63,810 bases of DNA, filler included, from Octopus bimaculoides (GCF_001194135.2; 12 parts of 9 records of this genome joined end to end with filler, not necessarily neighbours in it), one strand, 5' to 3'; shown: positions 1 through 12,167, counted from the first letter of the whole stretch. The notes: a model not told the origin generated them from the sequence alone. Translations and numbers: made by a program.

Positions 1-55
<55 letters not shown>

Positions 56-747
56 TATCTCTCACTCTCTTTCTCTGCCTCTCTCTCTCTTTATTCATTT
101 ATCTATGGATGTATATATGTATGTATGTTTAAATGCATAGCGCTTGCTCTACAATTAAAAAAGTAATGGATGACGGAGCAACTAAATGTATGTATGATGC
201 TTGTTAGCGTTAGCATGCAGTTATATGTGTGTCCTTGTGTGTATGTGTGTGGACAACAGAGGGTAATTGTATGTGCTTCTGTATATGTTTGAGTATCAAT
301 AATATATATGTTGTCAGTAAAGTGGGATGCAGACAAAAAAAAAAAAAAAAAAAAAAATCATTATAGCGTAACCAGAGTGTGTGGGTTAAGTTTTATGGTT
401 AAGAAGAGAAGGTGGGTGGGTGAATTTTTATTTCATTGGAATATCTGTATTAGTTTCTGTCGTCCAAAAATGGAAATCTAAACTTGTTTTGTTTTTTAAT
501 TTTTTTATATACCCACAATGGAAATTGGTTGTAAACTCATATCAGAACACGGAAATGTAGCCATATACAACGGTACGACAGTCTGTTTGCATAGGGTTGG
601 AGGAGAGTGTGAAATGGCGAACACAGTTTATTAACAACATCTCGTGCAATATGGTGGATGTATGATGCGCGTGGGTTATAAGATCACTTGTACATCGCAT
701 ACAACAGGATAATATTATGAGGGATAGAGGGATTTTTTGCGCTATGT

Positions 748-781
<34 letters not shown>

Positions 782-1573
782 ACAATAAAGTATCACATGT
801 TATTTAATTGCAACCACTAAGACAAACCTCATTGTTATTAATAACATTAGTCAGAGACTATGATGTAGAGAAAGAAGAGCACCAGAGAGTATTTAATTTT
901 GTCCGCCCAAAGAGGGTGTTCAAGTTCCCATTTAATTCCGTATACAATAAGTACCATAGACATGTTCTTGTTACTGTTTTATTATTGCCATTGTTTTTGT
1001 CGTTGTTGTTGATGCTGTTCAACCATAATCAACCATACATATAATTACATATATTCCAACCTGACCTTTCTTCATTTTCTTTTCAGGTAAAATGCATCAA
1101 GAAATGCTTCACCAATTTTCAAACTTTTTTTAAAGACACTTGGATCTTAGGAATATTTCAGATTTTTTTCCAGCCGAAAGAATTAAATTTTGTTTTTCTT
1201 TTAATGATTTAACAAACACTATGCTGTTCTAACGATATATGTCTAACTTTGAACAAAAGCAACAAAAATTCAATTACTCTTGTTTTTTGCACACATCTAC
1301 AAAATGACTTTCTAAAATGAAATTCCATTATGCAGCTGAGGAGTACATTTTCATTGCACATTTTATGTAGTGTTCTTACTACATAAATAAATGAAGTTTG
1401 TACGAAACGTACGTATTGAATTTTTGTTGCTTTTCTTCAAATTTTATTCGCCAAATCTCTTGATTTTGTTTTTGGTTTTTACCCTACCAAATTCTGGTGC
1501 CTCAAACATTTTAAGTACCACATTTAATCTTTTGATTAAATCTATATTATTATTCTGATATATATCTAACGAT

Positions 1574-1624
1574 ATATGTTCATTTAGCACATGTGTTCAT
1601 TTAGCATATGTGTTCATTTTGCAT
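1574..1624. repeat. 17-bp tandem repeat x3
   Basis: atatgttcatttagcac / atgtgttcatttagcat / atgtgttcattttgcat. Confidence 0.85.
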
Positions 1625-1699
1625 AATATACTAATGGGAGTTTTAATTCAATGCTCTTCCGATTGCGTACCCGGAGTTTTTTTTTCTACAGCATGGCAA

Positions 1700-1910
1700 C
1701 CTTCCACAATATATCGAAGCACGAAGCAAGTGACAATCGGGTGCACGGCATTGACAGGCCGATATAATTCTTCTATTCAATTGATTTATTGTGAAGTGTT
1801 GCTGTAACTTCAGTATCGTATATGACGGAGTTTATCTTACACACCTGGTAGGCTTTAGGATCTCGACAATTACAAATGGGAGTGGGTTCTTGGTGATTTT
1901 TACGAGTTAT
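1700..1910 (-). mobile_element. Penelope-like element, GIY-YIG endonuclease remnant
   Basis: One minus frame reads PICNCRDPKAYQVCKINSVIYDTEVTATLHNKSIE*KNYIGLS, matching the CNCR...VIY...YIG pattern of PLE endonucleases. Internal stop present. Confidence 0.6.
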
Positions 1911-2161
1911 AATGCTTTTCATATTGAGAATCAACTGTATGATAGTCTTATCTATGTTTTTAAATATATATAACGCACATTATAACGCACATATATAACG
2001 CATAAACAAGGCCTGAAGATTGTTTCGAGATACATGGCGTATTTCATAAATATGCCTGATCAAGTATCATAAAAAAACATGAAACTATAAGTAACTCTTT
2101 AGGTTGTGTATTTATCTCTCACTGAATGGAGTACATTTTTGTTTGTTCTACTTTTATTGGA

Positions 2162-2162
2162 G

Positions 2163-2226
<64 letters not shown>

Positions 2227-2233
2227 ACATACA

Positions 2234-2269
<36 letters not shown>

Positions 2270-2338
2270 TATATATATTTATCTATATGTGTATGCGTGT
2301 GTGTAAATAAATATATATATATGCATATATACATGCGT

Positions 2339-2378
<40 letters not shown>
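2162..2378. repeat. Compound microsatellite (TATC)n(ATAC)n(AT)n...(AC)n
   Basis: Directly visible. Confidence 0.95.
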
Positions 2379-2379
<1 letters not shown>

Positions 2380-3175
2380 ACATTAGAGAGAAGGGAACAG
2401 AGTTTTGTTCAAATGCATATAACAAAGTGGATTGAAGGACAGGCAGCAAAAGAGGAGAGGCAGACATGAAAAAAAGGAAGTCAGATAGATAGAGAGAGGG
2501 GTAGGGAGAGGGTGAGTGAGAGGGTGAGTGAGAGAGAGAGAGAGAGAGAGAAAGAGAGGGGGCAGAGAGAGAAGGGGAGTGAGAGAGGGGGAGAAAGGAA
2601 GGGAACTTGTCGGTCCACAATGAGGCAAAGTACGGAGAATGAGTAGGCGATCTGTGAATGAAAATATAGGAACGTCTTCTGATACCTGAAATAAAAGTGA
2701 AAAAGACGAAAGAAAGTGTTTGAGGTAGGAATTATGAACGTGTAAGTAATTACCCTAGTCTTTAACACACTTAGTCTACGCTTTAAAGTACTTGAAAGGC
2801 GAGACTAGTTAGGAGATATGATAAATTACTTTGAAGTGTTTCATCAGCGTAATGCAATTTTGCAATGATATAGATACTAACTAAACAACAACGGATTCTC
2901 CGAATATTGAACAATGTCAAATAGAATGTTGTCTTATACAAGTGCATATAGGAAGTTATTTGTAAAGTCTTCATCTGCTTTGTGGATATGGTCTATATAA
3001 AAGTTTGTGTGAATTTGATACGTCACTATATGAAATAATGGAGAGCAATGGGAATTTCATAGAAAGCCGTATTTTTTATATAAGTTCAGTCCCCAATAAC
3101 ACTCACTTAGCTCGCATTAGGAAACAAAAACAATAAATCTCATGAAACATACGTAATACGAAACAATAGGAGAAA

Positions 3176-3584
3176 GTTGTTGTTGGCACTCCGTCGCTTA
3201 CGACGACGAGGGTTCCAGTTGATCCGATCAAAGGAACAGCCTGCTCGTGAAATTAACGTGCAAGTGGCTGACCACTCCACAGACACGTGTACCTTTAACG
3301 TAGTTCTCGGGGATATTCAGCGTGACACAGTATGACAAGGCTGACCCTTTGAATTACATGCACAACAGAAACAGGAAGTAAGAGTGAGAGAAAGTTGTGG
3401 TGAAAGAGTACAGCAGGGTTCGCCACCATACCCTGCGGGAGCCTCGTGGAGGTTTAGGTGTTTTCGCTCAATAAACNNNNNNNNNNNNNNNNNNNNNNNN
3501 NNNNNNNNNNNNNNNNNNNNNNNNNNNNNNNNNNNNNNNNNNNNNNNNNNNNNNNNNNNNNNNNNNNNNCCATTGCGCCTCCAC
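3176..3584 (-). mobile_element. tRNA-derived SINE, interrupted by a gap
   Basis: Minus strand starts gtggaggcgcaatgg (tRNA-like 5' end) and ends in an (AAC)n tail at 3176-3184. Most of the tRNA head lies in the N gap. Confidence 0.7.
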
Positions 3585-3619
3585 ATAGGGGAAAGACATC
3601 GGAAAGATACCTTTCACAT

Positions 3620-4440
3620 TTTCAGTAAATAAGATACTCGTAAAAAATGACCGGAGGTATACAGGGAAATAAAATATATAATTCTAGGTAACTTTCGAAA
3701 GGGCTGTTCAAGAATTCCAGCGTACCGGGAAGACTGGATCGCCATGTTTTACTCAAGTTTAAAGGAGGTGACTTCTCTCACTTTCTTTTCTGGCCAACGT
3801 GGTGGATATCACAGTGGAGTGCCTAAATGTGTATGGTGTGATGTCCGTGTGGAAGGAAGGCTGCTTCTGTATCAGCTAATCAAGAGTACGTTTTCCAACA
3901 TACGCGTGTTGGCCCTCGATTTGGACGACTTTGAGATGCTTGCATTTCCAAGCCGACCTGTATTGAGAGGTGGAGAGTAGATTAGTGGTGTTGTTTAGGA
4001 AAGGCCTGAGTCTCAAGATACAGCTAATTTTCCTAGATAAGGACGGTAAGTTTATGGTCCCGGATGTGAGCTGTGGCGATGTGGGTGTCTTCAGTGTAGT
4101 AGCTTTCAACATCCGGCAATGGTAGGGTAACATATAACTTCAGGTGTCGGGAGGTTTTTTTCCGAGGAACGTCCAGTTCTTCAGTGTTAGTGGGTGATTG
4201 GAACGCTATCTTGGATGCACGTTTGGAATGTGAGGGAAAGTTGACAGGAGAAATGAGTGCAAGAGACTTGTAAATCTGTTCTGACGTTTCTGATGGGTAC
4301 CGAGTGAATTTTCCGAATGCTCCAATCGAGACTTGAGCAAACAGCATCGAGTGATCCAGATCATATTTAGACAGAATAATCTATTAGCCAAGAGATTGAA
4401 TTCAAATTGGTCGGCCACACAGATCATAAATTTATGATCT
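3620..4440 (-). mobile_element. Penelope-like element fragment (RT C-terminus/linker plus GIY-YIG)
   Basis: Minus frames give LKLYVTLPLPDVE...DHKL, LRPFLNNTTNLLSTSQYRSAWKC...AYVGKRTLD, resembling the PLE Y-I-G-x-T-x-R-x-L region. Frameshifted. Confidence 0.65.
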
Positions 4441-4496
4441 GTACTGTCGACCTAGACAGTGGCAGAGTTGCAACATAGCGACAGTGCCCCAATTCA

Positions 4497-4732
4497 GTCT
4501 ATGATGCTCCCCAACTACTTCTGCTCATGATCAGAGATACACATACCGTCAGCCACTAAGGGACATGCTCAACCGGTTAAGGTCAAACAACTGACAAGCA
4601 ATTCTGTGGTATTAAGCAGAATATTTGCTGTCGCCCATCTTTTATACCGAGACAAAACAATGTACATGATAACACTTCCAATCAATTAAGACCAGAAGCC
4701 ATGAGAGCCACTGCCTGATACTGCATCCGGGC

Positions 4733-4733
<1 letters not shown>
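4497..4733 (-). mobile_element. Interspersed repeat family D (also at 33122-33462 and 49472-49686), abutting (TAA)n
   Basis: The block gcagaatatttgctgt..cccatcttttatacc.agacaaaac.atgtacatgataacacttccaatca recurs three times in the window. Confidence 0.8.
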
Positions 4734-4789
<56 letters not shown>

Positions 4790-4810
4790 ATTATTAAAAT
4801 TTTTTTCAGG

Positions 4811-5027
4811 AAGGTGGCGAGTTGGCAGGATCGTTAGTACGCTGGACGAAATACTTAGCAATATTTCGCCCGTCGTTACGGACTGAGTTCAAATTCCGCC
4901 TAGGTCGACTTTGCCTTTCATCCTTTCGGGGTGGATAAATTAAGTAGAATTTGCGCACTGGGATCGATGTAATCGACTAGTTCCTGTCTCCAAAATTTCT
5001 TGCCTTGTGCTTATAGTAGAAAGGATA
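4811..5027 (+). mobile_element. SINE family M (tRNA-like head, central gtcgactttgcctttcatcctttcggggtcgataaa domain; MetaSINE-like)
   Basis: About ten homologous copies in the window. B-box-like gagttcaaattcc. MetaSINE assignment is from memory of the domain and needs a Dfam check. Confidence 0.8.
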
Positions 5028-5322
5028 ATTATGATTATCATTGTTATTGTTACTGTTATTCATATACACACAACAGATTAGACTGTTGGAAAAGAAGAGT
5101 TCCTAACATCAGGTTGCAAGTAACATTAGTTGCCAAGAATCCTCCTAAGTATGCTAGTTGTCCCTAATAACACTGTTTTCTGGAGCTGTACTAAAGTGGG
5201 TTTTGTGCCTATTTCCTCTATCCATCTGTTCAAATCTTTAGGGATAATTCCTAACGCATTTATATACATTTTATTCGCACTTTCCATTGTCTCTGTAATT
5301 GTTGTTGTTGTTGTTGCTGTTG

Positions 5323-5384
<62 letters not shown>

Positions 5385-5447
5385 TTATTATGTCATCGTG
5401 TTGTTAATATAGAAATTTGTTTAACTTGTGCCTTAATGTTCATTAGT

Positions 5448-5781
5448 GAAGGCGCATGGCTCAGTGGTTAGAGCATCGAGCTTACGATCGGGAGGTTGTG
5501 AGTTCGAATCCCGGACCGGACTGCGTGTTGTGTTCTTGAGCAAGATACTTTATTTGACGTTGCTCCAGTTAACTCAGCTGTAGAAATGAGTTGCGACGTC
5601 ACAGGTGCCAAGCTGTATCGGCCTTTGCCTTTCCCTTGGATAACACTGGTGGCGTGGAGAGGGGAGGCCGGTATGCATGGGCGACTGCTGGTCTTCCATA
5701 AACAACCTTGCCTCGACTTGTGCATGGGAGGGTAACTTTCTAGGTGCAATCCCATGGTCGTTCATGACCGAAGGGGGTTTC
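5448..5781 (+). mobile_element. tRNA-derived SINE family A, near full length
   Basis: A box tggctcagtggtt, B box gttcgaatcc. Homologous copies at 9246-9421 (-) and 57130-57310 (-). Confidence 0.88.
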
Positions 5782-5799
5782 AGCAATGTTCACAAGATG

Positions 5800-6450
5800 A
5801 TGTGGTTAGGTTTAAAGGTTCTTGCTCTGTATGTTTCTCTCTAGGGGTTCATTGTTGTTTAAGCAATTTGGTTAATCAAAGCAGGAAATATTCTAAATAA
5901 CAACGAGTAGAGAAACTGACCAGCTAAAACATACCACCCACTTATATTCTTTTGCTAACCCTTACAGAAATTCCTTTACAAAATTTTTGACACAGTCTAT
6001 CACTAAGTTCTTAAATTCTGAACTAAACTTTGGACATTTGAACTTTCCATTATCAAATCAAAGGAGGAAATCTAATAAAACCCCAAATAGCTAAAATTGC
6101 TGGCACATCCTATACCTACTTACCAAAAAGCGACACATGTAAATATGCATACCAACTTATAAAGTTCTACATATATGAATACATCCTAAACAATTAATCG
6201 AAATGTAATCAATCAAACACCGCTCCATAACAACTTACCCTAAAACCTAATTACTATTCCACTCGAACCCACATATCCAATGAAGATTTTAACTCAACAG
6301 AGACTATATAAAGCCAAGATTAACTTCAATGCGTCAAAGCTCCACGATGGTTTAACTGGCCGAAACTTTTTGAAGTCACTATCAATAATAATAAATTTGT
6401 ACTCTTTAAAAATGTAGTTTGATGTAAAATGGTTTTCGTTACAACTGAAC
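5800..6450 (+). mobile_element. Highly decayed retroelement, possibly Penelope-like 3' region
   Basis: A/C-rich coding-like composition with stop-riddled frames, ending in gatggtttaactggccgaaac then aataaa, resembling PLE termini. No clean motif. Confidence 0.3.
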
Positions 6451-6470
6451 ATAAAAACAAACACTAATAC

Positions 6471-6506
<36 letters not shown>

Positions 6507-6541
6507 TTATATATGTGGCGTGGCTATCGGGTAACAAGCTT

Positions 6542-6641
6542 NNNNNNNNNNNNNNNNNNNNNNNNNNNNNNNNNNNNNNNNNNNNTTAATTAATTAANNN
6601 NNNNNNNNNNNNNNNNNNNNNNNNNNNNNNNNNNNNNNNNN
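6542..6641. other. Artificial gap linker 44N-TTAATTAATTAA-44N (first of 11)
   Basis: The same 12-mer is centred in ~100-bp gaps at 6586, 12807, 15396, 21766, 30441, 38480, 42492, 52828, 56051, 60275 and 62577. It is a six-frame stop palindrome. Confidence 0.95.
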
Positions 6642-6725
6642 CTGTGGTCGATTAATTCGACTAAAATTCTTCAAGGCGGTGCCCCAGCATGGCCGTAGCC
6701 TAATGACTGAAACAAGTAAAAAATT
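6642..6725 (+). mobile_element. SINE family C (CORE-like), 3' end fragment
   Basis: aaggcggtgccccagcatggcc...aatgactgaaacaagtaaaa matches the 3' end of the full copy at 46066. Confidence 0.8.
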
Positions 6726-6789
6726 AAAGATATATACGTACAAAGAAAAAATATTGGTTTTGAATTTTGGCAAAAGGACTGCACTTTTC

Positions 6790-6945
6790 GATTGAAGGGC
6801 AAAATCGACCATTAAATTCACTCCAGTTTTCAACTGGTGTTTATATTACTGAGACCGAAAGGACGAAAAAAGTCAACCTTGGCGGAATTTGAACCCGGAA
6901 CATAAAGACGAACGAATGACGGTAATGATTAGGCCAGCTGGCCGC
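6790..6945 (-). mobile_element. SINE family M, diverged
   Basis: Reverse complement of the family M core (gaaaggacgaaaaaagtcaaccttggcggaatttgaac). Confidence 0.7.
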
Positions 6946-6967
6946 TTTATGCACCAGGGAACTATTG

Positions 6968-7281
<314 letters not shown>

Positions 7282-7987
7282 ATGCACGCACAAATCTACG
7301 TAGGACTAATTTCTTGGCGAATCACCGTAAACACAGCAGAGGTGAACACATACGTCACAACCGGATGCAGCCTTTCGAGTGTGTCTCAGTGTAGTCGCTC
7401 AACTGCTAGAAATAACAGCCAAATTTCACTTAAATCACACTTTATTGTCTTAGATAAAAGGGGGGAAAAAACGTTACATTGAATAATTCAGTCATACATA
7501 AACACAAGACCATATAGTCATGGTTAGCGTGTCGTTTGATCACGGTATCTGTTCAAATTAAGATTGACAACATATAATAATATAATTATTGTATGTTGTA
7601 CGGGTCATTTTAGAAAGCCTTCCATTAAATAAAAGGAAAACACGTTTATCTATCTATCTATCTACCTATCTATCTACTTATCTGTCTGTCTGTCTTTATT
7701 AATGCTTGCAGTTATTTACAAAAACAATTTTCCATTAAGCTGAAGGATTATTTCGTGGAAGAGATATTTCTGAAACACTGAGGCAATGGTTAAGTGTGAC
7801 TTCGAAGTTTCAGCTTATATGTACATGTATATGTAAATATACAAGCGCGCACTCAATGACACTCAAACACGCAGCATGCATACACGCGCATACATATTGT
7901 CTTTGAAACAAGAACACGCAGCAATTACCCTGGTACTTCAGTTTCATGTGTAACGTTTGCGGTGTTATCGCGTAATAATACTACAGC

Positions 7988-8025
<38 letters not shown>

Positions 8026-8037
8026 ATTTATAAATTC

Positions 8038-8205
8038 TTTTATTCTTTTACCTGTTTCAATCGTTTGACTGCGGCCGTGCTGGAGCACAGCCTTTTAGTC
8101 GAACAAATTGACTCCAGGATTTATTCTTTGTAAGTCTAGTACTTGGTCTATCGGTCTCTTTCCCGAACTGCGAAGTTACGGAGACGTAAACACACCAACA
8201 TCGGA
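8038..8205 (-). mobile_element. SINE family C, 3' half (second fragment at 8653-8724 across the gap)
   Basis: Reverse complement of the 46290-46465 region. Confidence 0.8.
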
Positions 8206-9015
8206 GAGTATTATTATTGTTTATATATATATATATTGTTGTATTTGGCGATGGTCATATTGCCAGTTTAGCCAATAAATATACAAACGATATATATATN
8301 NNNNNNNNNNNNNNNNNNNNNNNNNNNNNNNNNNNNNNNNNNNNNNNNNNNNNNNNNNNNNNNNNNNNNNNNNNNNNNNNNNNNNNNNNNNNNNNNNNNN
8401 NNNNNNNNNNNNNNNNNNNNNNNNNNNNNNNNNNNNNNNNNNNNNNNNNNNNNNNNNNNNNNNNNNNNNNNNNNNNNNNNNNNNNNNNNNNNNNNNNNNN
8501 NNNNNNNNNNNNNNNNNNNNNNNNNNNNNNNNNNNNNNNNNNNNNNNNNNNNNNNNNNNNNNNNNNNNNNNNNNNNNNNNNNNNNNNNNNNNNNNNNNNN
8601 NNNNNNNNNNNNNNNNNNNNNNNNNNNNNNNNNNNNNNNNNNNNNNNNNNNNATCGACCCCAGGACTTATTCTTTGGATGCCTAGTACTTATTCTATCGG
8701 GCTGTTTTGCCGAACCGCTAAGTTCGATCATATAATAATATAAATAATATATAGATATATGCATATATACATACATATATGTACATACCTACATATATAT
8801 GTATTTATACATACATATATGGGTACAGGACATAAAAAAACGTATCAAACTATGAAAATAACAGAGAACCGAGACATGCAACATAAAGAACATTCCCTTC
8901 ATCAATATATATATATACATATAGTAAGAATTTACAAACAAAAAAACAAAAGACGAAGACGGATGTGTAAACAACAAACAGATGTATTAGTTTAACGTTC
9001 GGGAAGTGCGAAAGT

Positions 9016-9051
9016 CTTTTACGTTTCGAGCCTACGCTCTCCGACAGAAAG
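9016..9051 (-). ncRNA. Hammerhead-like motif with non-canonical 8-nt core
   Basis: Minus strand: cttt-CTGTCGGA-gagc(gtag)gctc-GAAAC-GTA-aaag. Stem I, stem II and palindromic ACGT stem III fit a minimal type I hammerhead, but the core deviates from CUGANGA. Confidence 0.35.
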
Positions 9052-9068
9052 GAACACAGAAGTAAACA

Positions 9069-9117
<49 letters not shown>

Positions 9118-9245
9118 TTCCAGTACCGCTGCCGTAGTCTCCTTTAGAGAGACTTAGAAATATTAANNNNNNNNNNNNNNNNNNNNNNNNNNNNNNNNNN
9201 NNNNNNNNNNNNNNNNNNNNNNNNNNNNNNNNNNNNNNNNNNNNN

Positions 9246-9421
9246 AAGCAAAGGGGCCGACACAACTTGGCACCAGTGACATCACAACTCGTGTCTACAG
9301 CTGAGTGAGCTGGAACAACGTGAAATAAAGTGTCTTGCTCAAGAACACAACACGCATCCCGGTCCGGGATTCGAACTCACAACCTCACGATCGTAAGCTC
9401 GACGCTCTAGCCACTGAGCCA
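9246..9421 (-). mobile_element. tRNA-derived SINE family A, 5' part
   Basis: Reverse complement aligns closely with 5457-5630. Confidence 0.88.
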
Positions 9422-9424
9422 CTA

Positions 9425-10235
9425 TTCCTTGTCTGATAACCCTGAATACATACCCAAAGGAGTTACACGACACTTCTGCCACCAGATGAAAGAATAAGCA
9501 TGTATCAACAGGAGAGCGTGGATGAATATGGTAGCAGAAAGCTCCGGGAGGACAGCAACGTTGATAATCGAAACAGATGAACCAGCGACCAGATTACGAA
9601 CTCTCACTTCGATGGGCATGCATTTGCGATCCGGGCACAGGAAAAACAACCAAACAACCTGATGCACAAAAGGGACAGAGATGCGGGGGAAACACTAAAA
9701 TGTGATAACCGATGCAGACTTTGTGGGGTTCATGCCGGAAGCATCACCCGCACCATTAGCAGTGGTCCAAAACTATCATCACTGTATAATGAGACATCAT
9801 GTTGTAGTCAAGATACTATATAATGGAATCTGTCGAAGGATAATACTGAGGCCAAAAGGATAGGAACCCACAGTGTGGTAGGGGCCATAGCCACTCATAA
9901 AATGAAAGGGCACTGGTGGAATGTCCCGAAGAAAACCTCAATAAAATGTAAACATAATAGACCTGACATAGTGACTTGGGACAGAGAAGAGAAACTGCGT
10001 ATAGTTGTGGAAATCAACTGTCCAGTGGATGTTAACATAAAGCTAAATATCAGTGAAAAAGAAAGAATTTTAGTTTCTCTACTCGGACTAGAAAGTTCAG
10101 GTTTATACCTGTAATCATTTGGGCACTGGGATATGTTAGAAACTGCCTAAGCACAAATGTTGAGAAATTAGGCTTCACAAAACCAGAAAGACGACAACTA
10201 ATTAGAAGCCATCAATAGAAATTTAACATTTAAGT
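9425..10235 (+). mobile_element. R4/Dong-clade non-LTR retrotransposon, 3' fragment (CCHC plus restriction-like endonuclease)
   Basis: DNRCRLCG zinc knuckle and KHNRPDIVTWDREEKLRIVVEINCPVDVNI PD-(D/E)xK motif (ORF 9875-10114). Frameshifted. Confidence 0.85.
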
Positions 10236-10566
10236 AAATATGCGCATGTCTAGACATGCAACTATATGCATAAGAATACATTTATAAAACAAAACATACA
10301 GATCTGTACATGCCCTGACTCCAAATACTGAAAACATAGACAAGTATGGCCAAACGATGTTGTTGAAATTCTATTGAAGAAGCCTTTGATCTAGGTTAGA
10401 AACTGGCTCTCTTTTTCTATTGGCTGGAGATCTTGAAAGGAAATTGAATAACATGCGTACATACGCGCGCACACACACACACACACACACATACATACAT
10501 ACATACATACATACATACATACACACATACATACATACATACATACATACACACACACACATACAT

Positions 10567-10599
<33 letters not shown>

Positions 10600-10706
10600 T
10601 ACATACATACATACGTACATACATACATACATACATACATACATACATACACACCAATCTTAAGAAATTTGGGTTCTCTCAACCAGAAAAGAAATAGCTA
10701 ATTAGA

Positions 10707-10865
10707 AGTTTACAGATTCTTCAAGGCGGTGCCCCAGCATGGCCTCACTCTAATGACAGAAGTAAGTAAAAGATAAAAATAAAGCACGCGCGCGCGTCTG
10801 CTATCTTTCAGTCATTGGACTGAAACCATGTTGGGGCACCACCTTGAGCGAATCAACCCCAGTAA
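10707..10865. mobile_element. Two family C SINE 3' ends in tail-to-tail orientation
   Basis: Plus copy at 10707-10770 and minus copy at 10800-10865, separated by a (GC)n-containing spacer. A further plus fragment lies at 11045-11168. Confidence 0.7.
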
Positions 10866-11193
10866 TTGACTTTAAGTCAATTCTATTGGTTTCTTGGGAC
10901 GAACCACAAATGTCACGGGGACGAAAACAAAGCAGCACCGGTCTTCAAGCTGTGGGAACGGAGGAGGGCAAACACAAGGACCCACACATATAAACGTGTG
11001 TGTGTATGTGTGTGTGTTTGTCTGTATTGTCCCCACACATACACACGCCGCTTGACAACCGGTGTTGGTGTGGATCCCCGTATCGCAACAGTCCGGCAAA
11101 AGCAATCAATAGAATAACTACCAGACTTAAAAAAAAAAACGGGTACAGGAGTCGATTCATTCGACTTAACAGTTAAAGATTAAGAATAAAACG

Positions 11194-11573
11194 TAGTGTT
11201 TGGTTATCTCACCCCCATTAAAAAATTGCCATTAAAAAACTAGGTTATCTCCCCACTAAAACATCGAGTTTATGTGGTGACAAGAGATGGGATTAAAAGA
11301 GTTAGATCCTTTTGTTTCAATACTTCAACACATTGTTGACGTTTGGCCCCCTCAATAGGAATCGTATGATCTGTTATAAAAATATTATCAGATTCAAAAC
11401 GATGTTTAATCTTTTCACTTTTTATGTTTACTAAGTTTTTTTCATTTTTGTTTGTTTTATTGAGGGTTAAACAATTTTTTTAGTTGAAGGAGATAACCAA
11501 AAGTACCGATATTTCTCGCAAAACGAGGAGAGATAACCTAAATTTTTAATTGGAGTGAGATAACCAAAAAGTA
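11194..11573. mobile_element. MITE with imperfect ~50-bp terminal inverted repeats
   Basis: Left tttggttatctcacccccattaaaaa...taggttatctc versus right gagataacctaaatttttaattggagtgagataaccaaaaa. Repeated GGTTATCTC/GAGATAACC motifs. No ORF. Confidence 0.72.
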
Positions 11574-12026
11574 ACAAATAAAAAATTGACCCCATAAAAC
11601 TAATCAACCATTGATCTACATATCGTAGTAAAAGTTAACTTGGAAGAAGAGAGTGGCCATCATGGCTAAGGCATCATGGGTAATACCAGGAAATATGGTG
11701 GACAATAATTTTAATTTAACATATCAAATTTCTTGATACTTCCACAAAATAATGAAATGAAGAAAATTTTATTACCTTAAAAGTAAAATGAAATAAAACA
11801 AATTTCTCCTTCGTATGTTTACAAGAAGTATGTCATTATTTTTGCAGAACTTTATAAACATAAAACTGCAGTTTATTCCAACGAAAACTTATCTCTGCAA
11901 AATTTCTTGAAAAAATATAAACTTTTCAGGAAATTATCTTTACATCGTTTTTCACTAATCCTACGATTCTTTCGTTAACACTCTTTTACTCCCTCTCTCT
12001 CTCTCCCCCCTTCTTTTTCTCTCTCC

Positions 12027-12068
<42 letters not shown>

Positions 12069-12167
12069 TCCTCCCTCTACACACTGTAAAGTGTGACTGG
12101 AGTTATCAACCAGCCAATCAACCAACATTTATATCACTTATTATTCTAGATCTTTCTTTCATTTTTT

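Noticed and set aside
575-710. CLHRVGGECEMANTVY..ISCN, GIY-YIG-like peptide
   Set aside because: Short and frameshifted, with no YIG. Insufficient evidence.
808-1044. 78-aa ORF with hydrophobic C-terminus as a possible upstream receptor exon
   Set aside because: No nAChR TM1-TM3 motifs. The hydrophobicity comes from a (TTG)n-like tract.
5448-5525. tRNA gene
   Set aside because: It has A and B boxes but continues into a SINE body and has diverged copies, so it is a SINE head.
6323-6376. Possible hammerhead at gatggtttaactggccgaaac
   Set aside because: No CUGANGA core and no adjacent stem I. Only a PLE-terminus resemblance.
10374-10409. TTGAAGA-agcct/aggtt-aGAAAC hammerhead-like string
   Set aside because: Stem II forms, but stem I does not and the cleavage triplet is wrong. 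Too degenerate to call.
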